Of a DNA stretch of 64,000 nt, positions 59,196-64,000 are shown in pieces. The position numbers and the translations under genes were made by a program. Origin of the DNA: Candidatus Hydrogenedentota bacterium (GTDB lineage Bacteria; Hydrogenedentota; Hydrogenedentia; Hydrogenedentales; SLHB01). Below the pieces are notes generated by a model. That model ran no database searches and had not been told where the DNA came from. It was given only the letters and a program-made list of their open reading frames with translations. The stretch covers positions 59,435-123,434 of the forward strand of contig JARKSN010000288.1 in NCBI GenBank assembly GCA_029974275.1, in the 5' to 3' direction. Every line of letters starts with the position of its first letter. Position 1 is the first letter of the stretch.

Positions 59196-59664
59196 GTTGC
59201 GGGGCCTGATGGCTCAAATTCAGTTGAAAAAATGGGGGGTAGCCCGGGTTTTTCACAAGCGCGCGGCGCGGAGACGGAAGCTGCATTTCTGCGCGGGTTA
59301 CGCGCATGAAAGAATGCTCCATTCGAGCAGCGCGGTGGTGAAAAATCTTTCCGATGCAACGCGAACGGATGGAGCATGCGTTTTTCTCCATCCCGAGCGA
59401 ACGGCGTGAAAGAGGCGGGCGAGGCCCCCGTTTTTCGTTTTTTTACGTATCGCGGATTTCGCAGGAGAGGAAATACTTCCGTGGGCATGCGGAGCCTGCG
59501 GAAAGATGTGCGGCAAGGAGAATTGGGGACGCGGAGGATGGGGGTGACGCCTGACCTACAGCAGGACCGTTTCGGGGGATACGGGGCCGCTGCTGGACCC
59601 GCCTTGCTCTGTTCCCGCACGGCATCGGCGAAGCCAAACTGGAACGCCGGAAGGAGATCGGGCG

Positions 59665-61770
59665 ATGTTTGACCGCATACGCAAACGTGACGGCCGTGTT
59701 GAAAAGTTCCACTCCGAGAAGATCACCTGGGCCATTTTCAAGGCCGCCGCAGCGTGCGGCGGCGACGATTTCACCCGCGCCGAACTGCTGTGCAAGGAGG
59801 TGCTGGCCCTTGCTGAACAGAAATACGCCGATCGCGTGCCAGAAGTCGAGCAAATCCAGGACCTCGTCGAGAAAGTCCTGATCGAGAACGGGCACGCAAA
59901 GACTGCCAAGGCCTACATCCTCTACCGCGAGAAACGCTCCGGCGCGCGCAACATGAACGCGCTGATCGGCGCGACCATCCAGATGTTCTCCGACTACCTT
60001 GGCGATAAGGATTGGCGCATCAAGGAAAACGCCAATACCCAGAAGAGCATCAATGGCCTGAACAACTACGTGCGCGAGTTCTTCACGAAGAACTACTGGT
60101 TGCACGAAATCTACCCCGCGGAAGTGCGCGAGGCCCACGAAAGCGGCGACGCGCACATCCACGACCTCGGGTTCCTCGGGCCGTACTGCGCGGGCTGGGA
60201 CCTGCGCCAACTCCTGATGGAAGGCTTCGGCGGCGTGCCCGGCAAGGTCGAGAGTCGCCCCGCAAAACACCTGCGTTCGTTTCTCGGTCAGATCGTCAAC
60301 AGCACCTTCACCACCCAAGGCGAGTGCGCCGGCGCGCAAGCGTGGTCGAGCTTCGACACCTACTGCGCGCCGTTCATTCGCTACGACAACCTCACCTACG
60401 AGCAGGTGCGGCAGTCGTTGCAGGAGTTCATTTTCAATATCAACGTGCCGACACGCGTCGGCTTCCAGTGCCCGTTCTCGAACCTGACCTTCGACCTCAC
60501 GGTCCCGAAGATTCTCGGCGATCAGAACGTCATCATCGGCGGACAGGTGATGGACGCCAAATACCGCGACTTCCAGGCCGAGATGGATCTCTTCAACAAA
60601 GCCTTCTGCGATGTCATGATGGCCGGCGACGCGAAGGGCCGAGTCTTCACGTTCCCGATCCCGACGATCAACGTCACGAAAGACTTCGATTGGAACTCGC
60701 CGTCGGTCGACGCCTTCATGCAGACCACCTGCAAATACGGCATCCCCTATTTCGCGAACTACGTCAACTCCGACCTGTCGCCCGAGGACGCCGTGTCGAT
60801 GTGCTGCCGCCTGCGGCTCGACACGAAACAACTTCGCCAACGCGGCGGCGGCCTCTTCGGCAGCAACCCGCTGACCGGTTCCGTTGGCGTGTTCACGATC
60901 AACCTGCCGCGCATCGGGTATCTGTCGGCGTCGAAACAAGAGTTCAAGGCGCGCTTGTGGCGCATGGTGCAGGTCGGCAAGACCTCGCTCGAGATCAAGC
61001 GCAAGGTCATTGAAAAACAGACTGAGCAAGGGCTCTACCCCTACTCCGCCCGTTACCTGCGCGACGTCAAACGCCGCACCGGCGAGTACTGGCACAACCA
61101 TTTCAGCACGATTGGCATCGTGGGTATGAACGAGGCCCTGCTAAACTTCATGGAAAAGGACATCGGCACGCCCGAAGGTCAGGAATTCGCCAACGAGATC
61201 CTCAACTACCTGCGCGATATGCTTGTCGAGATTCAGGACGAGACCCAGCACGTCTACAACCTCGAAGCGACGCCCGCCGAAGGCACCGCGTTCCGTCTCG
61301 CGCGCCTCGACAAGACGCGTTATCCCGACATGATTGCCGCCGGCAACGACGCGGCCTACTACACGAACTCGACGCAGTTGCCGGTCGGCTACTCCGACGA
61401 TATTTTCGAGGTGCTCGAACTGCAAGACGAACTTCAATCGCTGTACACCGGCGGCACCGTGTTGCACCTCTACCTTGGCGAGAGCATCGACGACATCGAG
61501 ACCTGCAAGAAGCTGATCCAACGCGTGTTCGCGCGGTTCAAACTGCCGTACATCTCAATCACGCCGACCTTCAGCGTGTGCGACGAGCACGGCTACATCC
61601 GCGGCGAACAGTTCACCTGCCCGAACTGCGGCAGCGAGACCGAAGTGTGGTCGCGCGTGACCGGCTACCTGAGGCCCGTCGCGAACTATAACGACGGCAA
61701 AAAAGAAGAGTATTACGGCCGCAAGAAGTATCGCTTGCCCGAAGCCGCCCCGATGCTCGAGGCGAAGTAA
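59665..61770 (+). CDS. nrdD: Anaerobic (class III) ribonucleoside-triphosphate reductase with ATP cone
   Basis: IRKRDG ATP cone, HIHDL, SMCCRL, EATPAE, C-terminal CxxH/CxxC and RVTGY glycyl-radical loop. Confidence 0.96.
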   Translation: MFDRIRKRDGRVEKFHSEKITWAIFKAAAACGGDDFTRAELLCKEVLALAEQKYADRVPEVEQIQDLVEKVLIENGHAKTAKAYILYREKRSGARNMNALIGATIQMFSDYLGDKDWRIKENANTQKSINGLNNYVREFFTKNYWLHEIYPAEVREAHESGDAHIHDLGFLGPYCAGWDLRQLLMEGFGGVPGKVESRPAKHLRSFLGQIVNSTFTTQGECAGAQAWSSFDTYCAPFIRYDNLTYEQVRQSLQEFIFNINVPTRVGFQCPFSNLTFDLTVPKILGDQNVIIGGQVMDAKYRDFQAEMDLFNKAFCDVMMAGDAKGRVFTFPIPTINVTKDFDWNSPSVDAFMQTTCKYGIPYFANYVNSDLSPEDAVSMCCRLRLDTKQLRQRGGGLFGSNPLTGSVGVFTINLPRIGYLSASKQEFKARLWRMVQVGKTSLEIKRKVIEKQTEQGLYPYSARYLRDVKRRTGEYWHNHFSTIGIVGMNEALLNFMEKDIGTPEGQEFANEILNYLRDMLVEIQDETQHVYNLEATPAEGTAFRLARLDKTRYPDMIAAGNDAAYYTNSTQLPVGYSDDIFEVLELQDELQSLYTGGTVLHLYLGESIDDIETCKKLIQRVFARFKLPYISITPTFSVCDEHGYIRGEQFTCPNCGSETEVWSRVTGYLRPVANYNDGKKEEYYGRKKYRLPEAAPMLEAK

Positions 61771-61772
61771 CG

Positions 61773-62510
61773 ATGCGGATCGCGGGCCTCGAGAAATGTT
61801 CGCTCGTCGACTGGCCAGGCCACATGGCTGCCGTCGTGTTCGCCCCCGGCTGCAACTACGACTGCTTCTACTGCCATAACCGCAACCTGCTCCATGCCGA
61901 CGCGCACGTTCATGGCCCCAGCGAAGAGACCGTGCTCGCGTGGCTCAAAACCCGCCGCGACTACCTCGACGGCGTCGTCGTTTCCGGCGGCGAAGCAACG
62001 CTGCAGCCGGGTCTGCGCACGTTCATCGGACGCGTCCGCGACCTCGGCTTCCCCATCAAACTCGACACCAACGGCAGCCGCCCAACGGTCGTGTCGCGGT
62101 TGATCGACGACGGCCTCATCGACTACGTCGCCATGGACCTCAAAGCCCCCGCCGAACAATACAAATGGGTATGCGGCCCCAACGCCGACATCATTGCCGT
62201 CGACGAGAGCATCGACCTGCTCCTCCGCGAAACCGCCGACTACGAGTTCCGCACCACCGTCGTGCCCCAACTCACCAAAAGCGACATTGTAGCCATGGCG
62301 CGACGCATCCAAGGCGCCCGCCGCTACGTCCTTCAACAATACCGCCCCCAGAAACCCACCCACACCAACGACCATACCCCCAACCCACACCTCATTGATC
62401 CCCCCCACCCCCCAACCTGGTTCACCACCGTCATGAATGAGATCAGTGACTACGTGCAAGTCTGCGAGACGAGAGGGGTCGACACCGCAAAAGCCACCTG
62501 CGCCGCATAA
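61773..62510 (+). CDS. nrdG: Anaerobic RNR activating protein
   Basis: SLVDWPG, CNYDCFYC, SGGE, KLDTNG and YEFRTT motifs. Confidence 0.93.
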   Translation: MRIAGLEKCSLVDWPGHMAAVVFAPGCNYDCFYCHNRNLLHADAHVHGPSEETVLAWLKTRRDYLDGVVVSGGEATLQPGLRTFIGRVRDLGFPIKLDTNGSRPTVVSRLIDDGLIDYVAMDLKAPAEQYKWVCGPNADIIAVDESIDLLLRETADYEFRTTVVPQLTKSDIVAMARRIQGARRYVLQQYRPQKPTHTNDHTPNPHLIDPPHPPTWFTTVMNEISDYVQVCETRGVDTAKATCAA

Positions 62511-62526
62511 GACCAAGATAAAGACT

Positions 62527-62563
62527 CACCACAGAGACACAAAGGACACAGAGACCACACAAA
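62527..62563. repeat. CACAGAG-type short-period repeat
   Basis: CACCACAGAGACACAAAGGACACAGAGACCACACAAAG; same family as 8941-9120. Confidence 0.6.
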
Positions 62564-62584
62564 GAAAACCGCAAATCCCTCTTC

Positions 62585-62758
62585 GTAGCGCCCGGTCTCC
62601 GTGCCGGGCGGTCTTCGGGAGATGACCAATACGTATGGCACAGAACTGGCCAAGGCGAACAGAAATCAGAAAATTCGCGGCCATCGCGATCCGGGTCGTT
62701 GCCAATGACGCCAAGGCGCTTGCCGTAAAACGCGCCCGGCACAGAGACCGGGCGCTAC
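62585..62758. repeat. REPIN left (two inverted GTAG-REPs)
   Basis: GTAG-CGCCCGGTCTCCGTGCCGGGCG ... CGCCCGGCACAGAGACCGGGCG-CTAC. Confidence 0.9.
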
Positions 62759-62828
62759 AAAGACCATGCCATCCTGTGCTATATCTGTGGACGCATGATC
62801 GATCGGTAAACGAGCCACAGGGAGGTGC

Positions 62829-63335
62829 GTGGTGGACCACCAACCGGTTTCGAAGCGGGACCTGTACAGGACCTATGGTCGCGGGCGTTCCGTCCGGATC
62901 GGCGAGGACAACTACCGCGTCATCGGTGCGACGTATTTTGTGACGGCCTGCTGCAAAGGCAGGCATCCGTATCTCGCTGAACCGACTGTTGCGGAAATTG
63001 TTTTCCGAACCTGGCGTGAAGTGGCGGAGAACCATGCATTTCGCGTGTGGGGACTCTGCGTGATGCCCGACCACCTGCACCTGCTCGCCGAATGCGTCGG
63101 CGGGACACATGCACTATCCGATCTCATCCGCGACGCCAAGAGCATTTCGCTTACACGCGTCCGCGGCATCGCGCCGCTATACTGGCAAGCCAAGGCCTAC
63201 GACCACATCCTCCGCAACGACGAAGACCCCCACGCCTGCCTCCACTACACCATCAACAACCCCGTCCGCAAAGGCCTAACCGACGACTCCCGCACCTGGC
63301 CTTGGACCTACACCGACCCCGAAGCAGACCTATAA
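62829..63335 (+). mobile_element. REP-associated tyrosine transposase (RAYT, IS200-like HUH)
   Basis: YFVT, VMPDHLH, WQ..YDH.LR and Y..NNP motifs; GGAGG RBS; flanked by REPs. Confidence 0.92.
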
Positions 63336-63370
63336 AGTGGAACCGCAGAAGACCGAACATCTTTGACTTT

Positions 63371-63544
63371 GTAGCGCCCGGTCTCCGTGCCGGGCGCGTT
63401 TTACGGCAAGCGCCTTGACGTCATTGGCAACGACCCGGATCGCGGTGGCCGCGAATTTTCTGATTTCTGGTCGCCTTGGCTAGTTCTGTGCCATACTTAT
63501 TGGTCATCTCCCGAAACCCGCCCGTCACGGAGACCGGGCGCTAC
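63371..63544. repeat. REPIN right (inverted near-identical copy of 62585-62758)
   Basis: 174 bp; reverse complement of the left copy with roughly ten differences. Confidence 0.9.
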
Positions 63545-63559
63545 GAAGAGTGATCGGAG

Positions 63560-63715
63560 TGTTTTACGTTGTGCATCGTGGTGGTCGTGGAGGTTCAACT
63601 CCGATCGGAGATTTCACCACGACGGGCACAACGAGTCACGACGGAAGAGCGTGAAGCGGGTGTGGATGTCTTTCTCTGCGCTATCTCTGCGTGCTTTGCA
63701 TCTCTGCGTTGAAAA
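63560..63715. repeat. Short-period CACGAC/CTCTGCG repeats
   Basis: TTTCACCACGACGGGCACAACGAGTCACGACGG and CTCTGCGCTATCTCTGCGTGCTTTGCATCTCTGCGTT. Confidence 0.6.
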
Positions 63716-64000
63716 TCTTCTGCCGCGAACAGCAGAAGGCTTGGAGCTGGGATAAAGAACCACCCCGCCCGGCACGGAAACCCGGCGCGAAATCGAAGGG
63801 GCTGGCTCACTGCTATCTGCCCCCTCTCGCCTCAACAAAAAACCGTCTGAAAGGCGCCGCCCCAGGGCTATCGCATTAAAATCTGAGTTCCGGGCAGACC
63901 TTGGCTCGTTTGTGATTTGCTTCCCCTTTTCGTTTGGTCGTTGGCGCCCCGCCCCACATACCCCATAAAGAAGAAGGGAGATTCGTGTGTTTTTCAGTAG

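Noticed and set aside
62500..63800. Possible CRISPR array
   Set aside because: The repeats are inverted and irregularly spaced around a RAYT gene; there is no direct repeat-spacer periodicity and no cas gene.

Overview
GC-rich bacterial chromosomal window, mostly housekeeping and envelope genes. My impression is Candidatus Hydrogenedentota or a similar uncultured anaerobe, but this is not verifiable here. Contents: cysS-larC-coaD, two GH38 alpha-mannosidases, proB, ahcY, a minus-strand tRNA-Gln-prs-rplY-pth-ilvN-ilvC-accD-folC run, carB, a priming glycosyltransferase, xerC, a spoIID-like/anmK recycling pair, apbE, a GH51 arabinofuranosidase, several glycosyltransferases, a Dam-family methylase with a small PD-(D/E)XK nuclease, HD-GYP and sigma54 regulators, a radical SAM/SPASM protein, hddC/hddA-like genes, an ECF sigma/anti-sigma pair, NAD salvage (nrtR-like, pncA, pncB), anaerobic RNR nrdDG behind a perfect sigma70 promoter with NrdR-box-like sites, and a RAYT transposase between two mirror-image REPINs. 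The most interesting element is at 52.1-52.9 kb, directly downstream of the ECF/anti-sigma pair. Three tandem small ORFs (50, 42 and 65 aa; two are missing from the ORF track) share an MKH[VLI]...PAxA leader and carry divergent Trp-rich cores. Each has an RBS, and the array has intergenic hairpins and a closing terminator. It is a candidate new RiPP-precursor or signalling-peptide family.
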